A stretch of 64,000 nt of DNA from Candidatus Sericytochromatia bacterium (GTDB lineage Bacteria > Cyanobacteriota > Sericytochromatia > UBA7694): the NCBI GenBank assembly GCA_037968875.1, contig JBBKWI010000085.1, positions 1,072 through 65,071 of the forward strand, given 5' to 3'. The notes under the pieces are model-generated. The model had not been told where the DNA came from and ran no database searches. It saw only the letters and a program-made list of their open reading frames with translations. The translations under genes were made by a program, and so were the position numbers. Positions 41,568-51,348 of the stretch are shown here, piece after piece. Positions within the stretch are counted from its first letter, which is position 1. Every line of letters starts with the position of its first letter.

Positions 41568-43049
41568 TTATGGTATTGCCACTTCAATCAACTCAGATAT
41601 TTTTGCCAGGGGATTACCTGCTGGATCCAGAACGGTATTGGCGATCTTGAGAGTGATTTTGTCGCCAGCTTGCAGGGTGTTTGCTGACAAATCTTTGAGA
41701 ATGACGATGTGTGGATCGCCAGTAAACAGCGCTTCCCCACCTAAGCTGGCCCAGCTGACGTTTTGCAATTCAGGCACAGGCTGGCCGTTGCGTTGCACGG
41801 AGATACTGTAATTGGCGGCAGCGGCTTGTGGGGTGACTGAGCCATGACCAGCGGGGGCGTGTGCAGCGTTTCCGTTGAGTCCGCCAGCAATTGCCAGAGA
41901 GCGAGTGCGCAGGATCATGGGCTCAGAAAACTGCAAGTGAATCGTTTGGCCGATAAGTTTAGCTTCTGTCAGTTTAGGTGCAATCGTGTCGGGGTGGACT
42001 TGAAATTTAACGCTGGGTTCAAATCTACCGTTAATGACTAACTTAAAATGATCCGCCGCTTGATCGTTCCCTGCCAGGTCTCGCAAAATACCGTCTTTTG
42101 CATGCAGGACAACTTGATAAGTGGGGACATTTTCATGATCTTGATCCGACGGCAATCGCAAACCGGGTTTGAGACTGAGTTGAACCTGGGTTTGCTCAGC
42201 ATTCCAGCTGAAGCTAAAGTCATTTGCTGAAAATATAGGTGTACCCGTCAAATTGTCTGTTGACTCGGAACCCATTAAGGTGAGTTGTTGGGTTGGTTGT
42301 GTCACACTGAGAATTTCTGAAGAAAAGGCTCGGATTTGGATATTGCTTTCAAAACTGTGTTTGATAACGGGTTCAGAAAAGTCAAAGGTGAAATTCGTTT
42401 CGGTAGACACATTTTTTTGGTTGCGGTTGGGTGTCATACGTGTGATTTCAGGTAGAGCAGAGAGGGCAAAAATGTTAGTTCTTCTCTGCTCTACCACATC
42501 TTCTGGGTTAGCACCGATTCGCACCCTGGGTGGGGGAGACCCAAAGTTATAATTATTCAAATCGGGTGGGTATCCCGTTCCTCTTACAACGACTACCCGT
42601 TTACGCGTCGCGTAACCTGGCTTGCTGACTGTAATTTCAATCGGTATGCCAGCAGGCACACTATCTATCTTGAATTTTCCTTCGGCTAACGCGATAAATT
42701 CCTTATCAAAAGGAATCAGCTCATTGAGGGATTTTAAGCGAATCGTGGCGCCATGAAGCCCGCGATAATTTTGATCATAAACCGAGCCGAAAACAGAGTT
42801 TAATTCGATCTGCGAGGCATCAAATTCGGTGGGTGTATAAGAATATACGGGCGAAGGCGACGGGCTAGGAGTCGGAAAGTATGTTGACGATGGAAATGGA
42901 GTTGGCATGATGGCTTGCTCAGTTTGGACAGGTTGGCATGCAAGTAACAGGCTAAGACCCAGTAAATATTTATAGTTTTGCATGACAAACAACCCCCATT
43001 TATATACCTGACGCATAAAATAGGTATCAGGTTCCTTCAAAAAAATCAA
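41568..43049 (-). CDS. Secreted protein with a carboxypeptidase-regulatory-like domain and Ig-like beta domains
   Basis: ORF of 493 aa with a signal peptide and a PSP-rich linker. 'GATIRLKSL...KFKIDSVPAGIPIEITVSKPGYATRKRVVVV' is CarbopepD_reg-like. Confidence 0.4.
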   Translation of the reverse strand: MIFLKEPDTYFMRQVYKWGLFVMQNYKYLLGLSLLLACQPVQTEQAIMPTPFPSSTYFPTPSPSPSPVYSYTPTEFDASQIELNSVFGSVYDQNYRGLHGATIRLKSLNELIPFDKEFIALAEGKFKIDSVPAGIPIEITVSKPGYATRKRVVVVRGTGYPPDLNNYNFGSPPPRVRIGANPEDVVEQRRTNIFALSALPEITRMTPNRNQKNVSTETNFTFDFSEPVIKHSFESNIQIRAFSSEILSVTQPTQQLTLMGSESTDNLTGTPIFSANDFSFSWNAEQTQVQLSLKPGLRLPSDQDHENVPTYQVVLHAKDGILRDLAGNDQAADHFKLVINGRFEPSVKFQVHPDTIAPKLTEAKLIGQTIHLQFSEPMILRTRSLAIAGGLNGNAAHAPAGHGSVTPQAAAANYSISVQRNGQPVPELQNVSWASLGGEALFTGDPHIVILKDLSANTLQAGDKITLKIANTVLDPAGNPLAKISELIEVAIP

Positions 43050-43135
43050 GAACTTAGATAAAAATTAACGCACCGCATACAAAAGGGCTATTGCACCTGT
43101 TAAAATAAGGGCAAGTAAGATTTTCAGAAAGAAGA

Positions 43136-43336
43136 TTGACAATGTGCAATAAAAAAGTATGGATGTATTTTGGTATTGGACTCTCTTTGGGTCTGGGCCT
43201 GGGCTTTGGAATTGGTGTTTTTGAAGCGCCCGACAGTGGTGAACGCACCCGTCGTAAATTTATGAAAAAAGCCGATCGCCTGAAAAATACAATGGCCAAA
43301 TCAATCAAAAAATCCAAAAAAAGTGTTGAAGCTTAA
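43136..43336 (+). CDS. YtxH-like small membrane protein
   Basis: ORF of 66 aa with the Gly-zipper 'GLSLGLGLGFGIG' and 'APDSGERTR', followed by a Lys-rich tail. It is followed by a terminator. Confidence 0.45.
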   Translation: MTMCNKKVWMYFGIGLSLGLGLGFGIGVFEAPDSGERTRRKFMKKADRLKNTMAKSIKKSKKSVEA

Positions 43337-43362
43337 AAGCTGAAGACCTTGATTTACATTAA

Positions 43363-43388
43363 AGAGCCCACTAAGAGGCTCTTTTTTA
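43363..43388 (+). terminator. Intrinsic terminator after the ytxH-like gene
   Basis: Stem AGAGCC/GGCTCT with an 8-nt loop, followed by TTTTTT. Confidence 0.5.
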
Positions 43389-43534
43389 ATGGAAGCTAGG
43401 GCAGATTTGTGAGCATTCAGGCCGGCGCTTAAGCTGGCTGGATTTGCCTTCAAATCACTGCTTGAGCGGGCAGAACAGAAAATATCCTACTTAATCTCTG
43501 CTTAATCTGCTGTCTCTAGCGCCCCGAAAACCGG

Positions 43535-43540
43535 TATAAT
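43535..43540 (+). promoter_or_regulatory. Candidate -10 box (TATAAT) for the miaB operon
   Basis: A perfect TATAAT lies 30 nt upstream of the miaB ATG. The SD GAGGAG sits 12 nt before the ATG. Confidence 0.3.
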
Positions 43541-43569
43541 GCCTGCAGTATCCGAGGAGAAAATTCCTA

Positions 43570-44925
43570 ATGTCAACTGTTTTAGAAACACCCACCCCCA
43601 CCGAAGTCGGCACCCAAACGGTTCATATTGAGACCCTGGGTTGTCAGATGAACAAATCTGACTCCGAGAAAATGATGGGTCTGCTGGCCAAAGATGGCTA
43701 TAGCTGGACCGATGAACTTGAGACTGCTGATTTGATTCTAATCAATTCGTGCAGCATTCGTGAAAACGCCGTTAATCGCTTGATCGGTCATCTGGGCCGT
43801 TTAAAAGGGCTCAAAAAAGCGAGACCCGAATTGATTATTGGTGTTGGCGGCTGTGTGCCCCAACACGAAAAAGAAAACCTGCTCAAGCGCGTACCGCATT
43901 TGGATCTGGTTTTTGGTACCCATACCTTTCACCAATTGCCTGAGCTGGTCAAAGAATTCAAAGAGACCCAGCGTCCGATTGTCTCGATTGTGCGTCAATT
44001 AGAAGATTACCCCGAAGATATCCCCGTGATTCGGGAAGGCAAACATCACGCCTGGATCACCGTGCAACATGGCTGCTCGGCCTTTTGTACTTTTTGCATT
44101 GTGCCCTATACCCGTGGCCAACAGCAAAGCCGTACCATGGAAGCAATCGCAGAAGAAGTTCGCAAAGTAGCCGCCGAGGGTTTTCAGGAGATTACCTTAC
44201 TGGGCCAGAATATCAATACCTACGGTTGGGATCTCGACGAAGCCAGCTCACTGGGTCAATTACTGCATTATATCCATGACATTGATGGCATCAAGCGCAT
44301 TCGTTTCTTGACCTCGCATCCGATCAATATGCGCGATGACCTGATCGACGCAATTGCTGACTTGCCCAAGGTTTGCGAGTTTTTACACTTGCCCTTACAA
44401 GCAGGCCACGATGCTGTTCTCAAACGCATGCGTCGCAATCACACCGTAGAATACTATGCTGAATGGGTCGAGAAAATTCGCGCCAGAATCCCAGACATTG
44501 TGCTGACCTCAGACTTTATCGTCGGTTATCCCGGTGAGACCGAAGAGCAGTTTCAGGGCACGATTGACTGTGTCAAACGCTTTCGCTTTGATACGGCCAT
44601 GACAGCAGCTTATTCTCCGCGTCCCCGCACCCCAGCGGCGATGTTTACGGATCAGGTCCCTGATGAAGATAAAAGTCGCCGTTTGCAAGAGCTGAATGTG
44701 GTTGTTAAAGATATGTCTTTACAACAGAATCGCCGCCACTTGAGTTGCGTTGAAGAAGTCATGGTAGAATCTTATGACCCCAAACGGGAGCGTCTGAAAG
44801 GGCGGACCCGTGGCAATAAAATTGTCCATTTTGAAGGGAATCCCCGTTTGGTGGGTGAATTTCTGGACGTAAAAATTATGGATGCCACCCCGCAAACCCT
44901 GCGCGGTCGCATCATAGTTACTTAA
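43570..44925 (+). CDS. miaB: tRNA-i6A37 methylthiotransferase
   Basis: ORF of 451 aa with the MTTase N-terminus 'ETLGCQMN', the radical-SAM 'CSAFCTFC' and a TRAM domain. Confidence 0.85.
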   Translation: MSTVLETPTPTEVGTQTVHIETLGCQMNKSDSEKMMGLLAKDGYSWTDELETADLILINSCSIRENAVNRLIGHLGRLKGLKKARPELIIGVGGCVPQHEKENLLKRVPHLDLVFGTHTFHQLPELVKEFKETQRPIVSIVRQLEDYPEDIPVIREGKHHAWITVQHGCSAFCTFCIVPYTRGQQQSRTMEAIAEEVRKVAAEGFQEITLLGQNINTYGWDLDEASSLGQLLHYIHDIDGIKRIRFLTSHPINMRDDLIDAIADLPKVCEFLHLPLQAGHDAVLKRMRRNHTVEYYAEWVEKIRARIPDIVLTSDFIVGYPGETEEQFQGTIDCVKRFRFDTAMTAAYSPRPRTPAAMFTDQVPDEDKSRRLQELNVVVKDMSLQQNRRHLSCVEEVMVESYDPKRERLKGRTRGNKIVHFEGNPRLVGEFLDVKIMDATPQTLRGRIIVT

Positions 44926-44936
44926 GGAGAAATCAG

Positions 44937-45674
44937 ATGGTTAAACAATCGATTCTTGCAGGAACATTGGCTCTGAGCCTGCTTGCATGTTCAGAGCGCC
45001 AGGAAAATGCTGGCAGCAATAGTACTGAAAATTATTCTGCTACCGAGTCACAGACCGGCAGCAGTTCACATAGCAATGAAGGAAATGTAATTACAATGAC
45101 AGATAAAGTTAAAGAAGTCGTCGTCACCGAAAAAGGTGTTAAAGAAATGTATGCCATGATGGAAACAAGTCTTGGTATGATTAAAATCAAGCTGTATCAC
45201 AAACGTGCGCCCAAAACTGTGGCGAACTTTACGGGCTTGGCTGAAGGCACCAAAGAATATATCGACCCCAAAACTGGTGATAAAACCAAAGGCAAATTTT
45301 ACGACGGTATTATTTTTCACCGCGTGATTCCTGACTTCATGATTCAAGGTGGAGATCCTTTAGGCAAAGGAACTGGCGGCCCTGGCTATCAGTTCGAAGA
45401 TGAGTTCCATAAAGAGCTGAAGCACAGCAAAGCCGGTATTTTATCTATGGCAAACTCTGGCCCCAATACCAATGGCAGCCAGTTCTTTATTACTGATGCC
45501 CCCACACCTCACCTGGATAACCGTCATTCGGTTTTTGGTGAAGTGGTTGAAGGCATGGACGTGGTAAATAAAATTGCCCAGGCCAAAAAAGATTCGATGG
45601 ACAAACCCAAAGAAGAAATCATGATCAAACACCTGACAATCGAACGTGTCATGGACGACGCAACCAAAAAATAA
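44937..45674 (+). CDS. ppiB: Cyclophilin-type peptidyl-prolyl isomerase, lipoprotein
   Basis: ORF of 245 aa with the lipobox 'LLAC' and '[15 protein letters not shown]...[17 protein letters not shown]'. Confidence 0.8.
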   Translation: MVKQSILAGTLALSLLACSERQENAGSNSTENYSATESQTGSSSHSNEGNVITMTDKVKEVVVTEKGVKEMYAMMETSLGMIKIKLYHKRAPKTVANFTGLAEGTKEYIDPKTGDKTKGKFYDGIIFHRVIPDFMIQGGDPLGKGTGGPGYQFEDEFHKELKHSKAGILSMANSGPNTNGSQFFITDAPTPHLDNRHSVFGEVVEGMDVVNKIAQAKKDSMDKPKEEIMIKHLTIERVMDDATKK

Positions 45675-46291
45675 TGGCAGATCTGGAGCAAGAACACAGA
45701 CTCTGGCAACAGGGCCTGCAGCAGATTGCTGGCGTCGATGAAGTGGGTCGCGGCCCTCTTGCTGGCCCGGTACTCGCTGCTGCTGTTGTTTTTGCTCCAG
45801 ACTTTGATCCGACTCCCTTACAGGGCTTGACGGATTCCAAAAAATTGAGCTCGCGTCAACGGGAACACTTAGCACCGCTAATACAAGCCCACGCCCTGGC
45901 CTATGGGATTGGGATTGTCAGTGCCCCTGTGATTGACCGTATCAATATCTTGCAAGCGACCTTTTTAGCGATGCGCCGAGCGCTGGCGCATTTACCGGCC
46001 CTGGATCATGTGCTGGTGGATGGCAATAAAGCGATTCCCTATTTAGATCTCCCCCAAACCCCTATCATCAAAGGCGATTTGCATTCACTCAGTATTGCCG
46101 CCGCCTCGGTACTAGCCAAAACGGCCCGAGATGCCTTGATGTGTGCCCTGGCTCAGTATTACCCAGACTATGGCCTGGAGCGGCACATGGGTTATCCAAC
46201 GGCGTTTCACCGTGCCCAGGTTCAGCAATTGGGCCTGAGTCCTCAGCACCGACGCAGTTTTTGTCGCAAAATTTTGGAGGTCAGTCTATGA
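45674..46291 (+). CDS. rnhB: Ribonuclease HII
   Basis: ORF of 205 aa with 'GVDEVGRGPLAGPV' and 'DSKKLS'. Confidence 0.8.
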   Translation: MADLEQEHRLWQQGLQQIAGVDEVGRGPLAGPVLAAAVVFAPDFDPTPLQGLTDSKKLSSRQREHLAPLIQAHALAYGIGIVSAPVIDRINILQATFLAMRRALAHLPALDHVLVDGNKAIPYLDLPQTPIIKGDLHSLSIAAASVLAKTARDALMCALAQYYPDYGLERHMGYPTAFHRAQVQQLGLSPQHRRSFCRKILEVSL

Positions 46292-47124
46292 ACCCTCCCT
46301 CAGGTCCCAAACCGGCTCCCAAACCGGGTCCCAAATCCGGCCCCGCAGGCAAACCACGCAAGCGTTTGCCGACTGGCAATATTCCGGCTGAACCCCTCGA
46401 AATTTTTGATCCGCCCCCACGTACGCTTTGGCAGCGCCTGCAGTATCCTTTGCGTTGGTTAGGCATTGCCAGTTTGATCAGTGTTGCGATCTGGGCCTTT
46501 CGTTATTATGGGCTCAATCAATATATTGATCAAGAAGCCCTGCAAGCGATGATCGTCCCGCTCGGCCCCTGGGCACCTGTCGCTTTTATTGCCCTGTTTA
46601 CGGTGGCGATGCTGCTGGTGATCGTGCCTTATTCCTGGTTAGCGATTTTCTCGGCGCTGGTCTTTGGCCCGATCTGGGGCACGCTCTGGACCGTATTGGG
46701 TGGAACCAGCGGAGCTGTTGCTATGTTTTTAATGACTCGCCGTCTGGGTCGAAACATGATGGCCCGCCGGGCTGAGAACCCCCGTTGGAAAAATCTCAAT
46801 CAGCGCCTGGAGCAAGATGGCCTCTATTATTTATTGCTGCTGCGTACGCTCTCGATTGTGCCTTTTAATCTCTTGAATGCTGCTGCCGCCATGACCTCAA
46901 TTCGGCTAAGAGATTTTGTGATTGCCAATCTGGTCGGCATCATCCCATCGGCCTTTTTCTATGGTTATGGCACCAAAATTTTGCTAGACCCCAATGCCTC
47001 TAAATCGACTTTGTTTGCCATAGTCGGGCTGGGTGTCTTGATCCTGGTGACGCCACTGGTGTTTCGGCAGGCCCTCAAAGGCCGCCGCCGTCGGTTACAA
47101 CGGCACGCCCAGAAAACATTTTGA
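46288..47124 (+). CDS. DedA/TVP38-family membrane protein with a Pro-rich N-terminal extension
   Basis: The ATG at 46288 overlaps the rnhB stop (ATGA). The body has multiple transmembrane segments in a DedA-like arrangement. The ORF-track start at 46141 is rejected. Confidence 0.65.
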   Translation: MNPPSGPKPAPKPGPKSGPAGKPRKRLPTGNIPAEPLEIFDPPPRTLWQRLQYPLRWLGIASLISVAIWAFRYYGLNQYIDQEALQAMIVPLGPWAPVAFIALFTVAMLLVIVPYSWLAIFSALVFGPIWGTLWTVLGGTSGAVAMFLMTRRLGRNMMARRAENPRWKNLNQRLEQDGLYYLLLLRTLSIVPFNLLNAAAAMTSIRLRDFVIANLVGIIPSAFFYGYGTKILLDPNASKSTLFAIVGLGVLILVTPLVFRQALKGRRRRLQRHAQKTF

Positions 47125-48347
47125 AAGTCGTTCAAAGTGGGTTACGAGCTTTTATCTCTAGCTGCTTGATCAGCGTGTCTTTGTTGTCGTCTGCTCTCGC
47201 TGAGTCTCAGACTTTCTCAAAGGGAACCTATCAGGAACCGCTACTCAGTTTTGACTGCCCCCAGGATCAACAGGAGTACGGTCTGAGCTATCAGGGGGAT
47301 TATGAAGCTGCCACGCATTATTGTGGTCAGGATGCACCTGCTGGATACTGGGTTTATCAGGCGCCACGCTGGACGATTTACCGTCGTCTGAAACGACGGT
47401 CGGCCCTGGAGCAAGCTCGCATGGGCGGCAAGTACAAGAACCTGGTACTAAAAACGAGTTGTCCGGCTGAATTGGCTTCTGAAAAGCAAAGTCTGGGCTC
47501 TTTTTCGGATTATGGCTGGGAAGGTGTCAGCGAATATTGTGGCAAAAAACAGCCATCTGGCTATTGGGTCTGGGTTGCCCCCAATTGGTTTTTGTGGCGC
47601 GAAAAAGACCTGAAAGCGATTGGCTTTGCGGAGCAAGAGATAACGATCCCACTGAAGCAGCCCCTGAAAGTGCAGATCGAATACCAGCAAGATAACAAAG
47701 TCTGGGCGGATACGACTGTCTTCAATTTCAAGCTGGGGGTGCTGGCGCTGGAGGCCTGGAGCCAGATTCCTTTCCCGGGCCGACGGCCCTATCTGATCGA
47801 AGAACGGCCCCATTTTGAATTGCTGGGCTCAGCTGGACGCCATAAAATGACTCTGGCCTCGCCGCCCCGTGGCACACCCTGGACGCTCTTTCATGAGATG
47901 ATCCACATCTGGAATGTCAATGTCACGCCAAGCTGGTTCAACGAAGGTCAGGCCAATTTCATTTCTTATTTGTTGGTCAAAGATTTTCACTTGCCTTTCG
48001 CTGAGCCTGAAACCTGGCTGGCGTATCAACAGGCCTGGGAAGCCATTCAAGACAGCGATCTGGATTTGCCTTTGCAAGGCAATTATTCTCAATTACCTCA
48101 GGGCAAAGCAATGGCTTTTTGGCGGCTAATGTTTGAGCTCGGCGGACCTGCTTTGATCAAAGAAAGCTTTCGCTATAGCATGCAAAACGATCAGGTTTCA
48201 CTGATGGACTTCCAGGCCATCATGGACAAACACCTGGGCCAGTACCCCTTCAGTTCAGATCAGTTTTTATCTGGTTGGGTGCTGCCCGGCCCGTACTATA
48301 TCAAGCAAGCCAAAGAGTTGGGCCCCGTGCGTTACCCTTTGCCCTGA
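47121..48347 (+). CDS. Secreted gluzincin (M1-like) metallopeptidase-like protein with duplicated N-terminal Cys modules
   Basis: ORF of 408 aa with a signal peptide and an internal repeat ('...YCGQDAPAGYWVYQAPRW' / '...YCGKKQPSGYWVWVAPNW'). 'HEMIHIW...WFNEG' matches the M1 pattern HExxHxW...WxNEG. The start overlaps the dedA stop. Confidence 0.5.
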   Translation: MKVVQSGLRAFISSCLISVSLLSSALAESQTFSKGTYQEPLLSFDCPQDQQEYGLSYQGDYEAATHYCGQDAPAGYWVYQAPRWTIYRRLKRRSALEQARMGGKYKNLVLKTSCPAELASEKQSLGSFSDYGWEGVSEYCGKKQPSGYWVWVAPNWFLWREKDLKAIGFAEQEITIPLKQPLKVQIEYQQDNKVWADTTVFNFKLGVLALEAWSQIPFPGRRPYLIEERPHFELLGSAGRHKMTLASPPRGTPWTLFHEMIHIWNVNVTPSWFNEGQANFISYLLVKDFHLPFAEPETWLAYQQAWEAIQDSDLDLPLQGNYSQLPQGKAMAFWRLMFELGGPALIKESFRYSMQNDQVSLMDFQAIMDKHLGQYPFSSDQFLSGWVLPGPYYIKQAKELGPVRYPLP

Positions 48348-48522
48348 TCAATGAACCCGACCTTGATGTCTAGCTGCATACAAAGCAATGCGAGCTACTT
48401 GGCACTGCTATAAGCAGAAAATCGTGTAGAAACCGGTGATGCACTTCCTGAGTCCATCATCGGTTGCACGCAGGATGAAATTGAATTTAGAACGCTTATC
48501 TCAAGATTCAGCTGCCATTGAC

Positions 48523-50133
48523 TTACAATCTAAGGCCTGTGTAAGCCACTCCAGACAAATGTGCCATTTCGCGATCTAAGGTTCCCAGATCATCCAGACA
48601 AAATTGATTCAGATGATCATGACCACAGGCTCTGGCCATTACTTGCATCAATTCCACGCTGGCTTCAAAAAAGTTTTTAAGGCGCACGGCTGATTTTTGA
48701 ATATCCAGTCGGGCCCGTAAACTTTCTTTTTGAGTGGCAATTCCGACCGGGCAATAATCGGTGTGGCAGGCGCGCATCGCCTGACAGCCAATTGCCTGGA
48801 GTGCAGAGTTCGAGACCGCAATCGCATCGGCACCTAATGCCAGGGCTTTAATGAAGTCCGGGGCCGTGCGTAAGCCGCCGGTGATCACGAGGGTGACGTC
48901 TAAGCGGCCCAGACGATTAAGATGTTGGCGAGCTCTGGCCAAAGCAGCAATCGTAGGGACTGAAATATGGTTTCTAAAAATCAGTGGAGCAGCACCGGTT
49001 CCACCGCCCCGTCCATCGAGAATAAGATAGTCCACACCGATTTCTAAGGCTGCGTCTATATCGGCTTCGATGTGATTGGCTGAGAGTTTAAAGCCAATCG
49101 GGATGCCTCCACTGACAGAACGCACCTCTTCAGCCAGGCCTGTAAAGTCTGCTAACGAATGCATATCCGGGAAGGTTGCCGGTGAAATGGCCGGTTCTCC
49201 AGCAGGAATCCCACGTACTTCTGAGATTCTACCTTTGTTTTTGTGGCCAGGTAAATGACCACCGGTCCCTGTTTTTGCGCCCTGTCCACCTTTGAAGTGG
49301 AAAGCCTGTACCTGCGAGAGTAATTCCATTTTAAAGCCAAAGCGGGCCGAGGCCAATTCATAAAAATAGCGCTTGTTTTCAGCTTGCTCTTCAGGTAACA
49401 TGCCGCCTTCGCCTGAGCAAATACCGGTCCCGGCCATTTCTGCACCCCGGGCCAAAGCGATCTTTGACTCTTCCGACAGCGAGCCAAAGCTCATGTCAGA
49501 GACAAATAAGGGGATTTCAAGTATTAAAGGTTTTTTTGCTTTCGGTCCGATCACGACCTGGGTGCCCACAGGGGCTTCATCTAAGAGCGGGCGGCGCATC
49601 AATTGTGCCGGCAAGATTTGGATACTGTCCCAGGCGGGCAATTCATTGCGCCCCACACCCATGGCGGCGACGGGCCCATGGTGCCCCACTTTGCTTAAGC
49701 CATCTTTGGCTAGAGCCTGAATATCTGCCATTGTGTCTTCTTCAGGGGTCGGGGCGGTGGCTACAAAATTCCCCAGGTATTCGTCGCGCTTGAGCATGTG
49801 CGGATTCGCTTTGGCATATGCCTTGACTTCATCAGCATCGACCCAGACCTGATCCCCGTCTCGACCGGCACTAAATTTGTGCAAGACTTCAGCGTTATTG
49901 TATTGACTGACACCGGTATCCAGGCGATAGTCCCAGTTGTGTACACCACAGATTAGATTGTCACCCTCAACATAGCCATCAGCCATCAATGCACCGCGAT
50001 GTAAGCAGCGACCATAATAGACAGCAATCGTGTCATCAATGCGAAGCACCACCAGATCAATTTGTTGGGCCAGGGCATATGCGGGCTGACGATCTGCGAG
50101 ATCGTTCCAGCTATAAATGTTCTGCTTGTTCAT
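48523..50133 (-). CDS. Rieske [2Fe-2S] domain fused to a glutamate-synthase-like FMN-binding domain
   Basis: ORF of 536 aa. The N-terminus has 'CLH...(17)...CGVH', a Rieske CxH...CxxH motif. The C-terminus is a GltS-central-domain-like TIM barrel ('GEGGMLPEE', 'DGRGGGTGAAP'). Confidence 0.65.
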   Translation of the reverse strand: MNKQNIYSWNDLADRQPAYALAQQIDLVVLRIDDTIAVYYGRCLHRGALMADGYVEGDNLICGVHNWDYRLDTGVSQYNNAEVLHKFSAGRDGDQVWVDADEVKAYAKANPHMLKRDEYLGNFVATAPTPEEDTMADIQALAKDGLSKVGHHGPVAAMGVGRNELPAWDSIQILPAQLMRRPLLDEAPVGTQVVIGPKAKKPLILEIPLFVSDMSFGSLSEESKIALARGAEMAGTGICSGEGGMLPEEQAENKRYFYELASARFGFKMELLSQVQAFHFKGGQGAKTGTGGHLPGHKNKGRISEVRGIPAGEPAISPATFPDMHSLADFTGLAEEVRSVSGGIPIGFKLSANHIEADIDAALEIGVDYLILDGRGGGTGAAPLIFRNHISVPTIAALARARQHLNRLGRLDVTLVITGGLRTAPDFIKALALGADAIAVSNSALQAIGCQAMRACHTDYCPVGIATQKESLRARLDIQKSAVRLKNFFEASVELMQVMARACGHDHLNQFCLDDLGTLDREMAHLSGVAYTGLRL

Positions 50134-50145
50134 GGGTGAAGCTCC

Positions 50146-51009
50146 TTAGTGTGTGTGTACGATGTTTTGGCAGGCACGGGTCGCAGTCCTTAAAAAATGC
50201 TGACTATCTGCGAGTAAGTCAGCATGCTGAACCAGCTCTGAGCTTTTGAGAATAGCCCCAAACCAGCCGTCGGTCCGCCAAAAACCGCCTGCTGGCAATG
50301 CGGGTAGTGTATCAGGATTCAGGTTTTCGAGCTCTGGATGCGGCCAGGGTGTCACGTAAAAATAAGGCTCGTCATAATGACTGTCACCCGGTGAAAACCC
50401 GGCATTGACCTCGCCGGCTTTGACTTCGGGGTATTTTTGTAAGCTGGCCATGTCAAAATGATGAGGCCAACAGACCAATGGGGGCTGATCTGGAAATGAT
50501 TGTTGCACAACAGTTAAGGCTGTATGAGCGAGTTGAAACCATTGCTGCAAACATTTGAGTTTGTCTGGCTCCGGTGTAAAGGCTGCTCCTGCTTGTACTC
50601 CATGCTCAGGCATTTCGTGGGGGATCTCTTTGAGCGGATTCGTCGTTGGATCCGTGAGATTTAATTTTTCAGATAACCAGTTTTGAATCTCCGCCTGGGT
50701 GATGCCCTGGAGCTGGAGCTCTGGCGAATCTGTTTGTCTTGCGTGTGGGCGCAAAACGAAGCGAAATGGCTCAAAATGCAGTTCAAGCTCGCTGTAACCA
50801 TGGGCTGGAAGCGTTTGCAGTGGCTGGGTTTTAAAGCACTGAGACTCGGGATCCCAAGACATGGCATAGTGTAGCCAATCTTCATGAGAGACTCCATAAG
50901 TCAGTCCCCATTGTCCCAGCGCTTGTACTGCCCAATGCACTTGCAAACGGCTATCGATGAGTTGTGTCGTGTCATGATTTTTCAGGGTTTGGATATCTAT
51001 CTGAACCAT
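50146..51009 (-). CDS. Hypothetical protein (first gene of the Rieske-GltS operon)
   Basis: The ORF track extends to a TTG at 51060, but the ATG at ~51009 has a good SD (AAGAGAAAGAGG). I recognise no domain. Confidence 0.35.
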   Translation of the reverse strand: MVQIDIQTLKNHDTTQLIDSRLQVHWAVQALGQWGLTYGVSHEDWLHYAMSWDPESQCFKTQPLQTLPAHGYSELELHFEPFRFVLRPHARQTDSPELQLQGITQAEIQNWLSEKLNLTDPTTNPLKEIPHEMPEHGVQAGAAFTPEPDKLKCLQQWFQLAHTALTVVQQSFPDQPPLVCWPHHFDMASLQKYPEVKAGEVNAGFSPGDSHYDEPYFYVTPWPHPELENLNPDTLPALPAGGFWRTDGWFGAILKSSELVQHADLLADSQHFLRTATRACQNIVHTH

Positions 51010-51070
51010 ATCAGGCCTCTTTCTCTTGTCGATGATAGGTTTATCCTGACATAGGTTCAACTAGAGATGC

Positions 51071-51086
51071 TGTCACCTGCGTGACA
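51071..51086. promoter_or_regulatory. Candidate Crp/Fnr-family operator: TGTCA-CCTGCG-TGACA (perfect dyad)
   Basis: The site lies in the divergent intergenic region about 62 bp upstream of the ATG at 51009. It is one of six copies of this dyad found between 51 and 64 kb. Confidence 0.5.
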
Positions 51087-51128
51087 AAGTGTTTAAGTTA
51101 AATATGCTTAATTCTTAGTAAGCTAGAT

Positions 51129-51224
51129 TTAGTTTAAAAGTGAGGGGGCGGGATTCAGCCGAGTCATTTTGCGTTTTTGCATGCGGATCTTGGCCGGATC
51201 TCTGGGCAAATTGACAAGCTGAAA
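51129..51224 (-). pseudogene. Remnant 3' fragment of a Crp/Fnr-family regulator gene, paralogous to the 63603 gene
   Basis: The minus-strand reading frame gives '...LVNLPRDPAKIRMQKRKMTRLNPAPSLLN*'. The regulator C-terminus is '...LLKRLQDQGKIRMQKRKIIWLSPVSSLLS*'. The two share a ~30-nt core at about 88% identity (TTTTnCGTTTTTGCATGCGrATCTTGsCC), and an in-frame stop lies 32 codons upstream. Confidence 0.55.
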
Positions 51225-51348
51225 TTAATTGTCATTTACCAGACAGAATTCTTTTCCTTTTATGCTCTATACTTCCGCTAAATGCTCAGTTGAAGGGCCG
51301 TCAATGGCTTGCCGTTAGCAAAATCAACCCAAAGAGGACTCAGATTTA

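Noticed and set aside
43054-43317. Minus-strand 87-aa ORF overlapping the YtxH-like gene
   Set aside because: The plus-strand 66-aa ORF has a recognisable YtxH-like Gly-zipper and KK-rich tail and is followed by a terminator. The antisense ORF has no features and is probably a shadow ORF.
46141-46287. The ORF-track start at 46141 for the DedA-like gene
   Set aside because: It is out of frame with, and fully inside, the rnhB coding sequence. The ATG at 46288 gives the classic 4-bp ATGA stop/start overlap.
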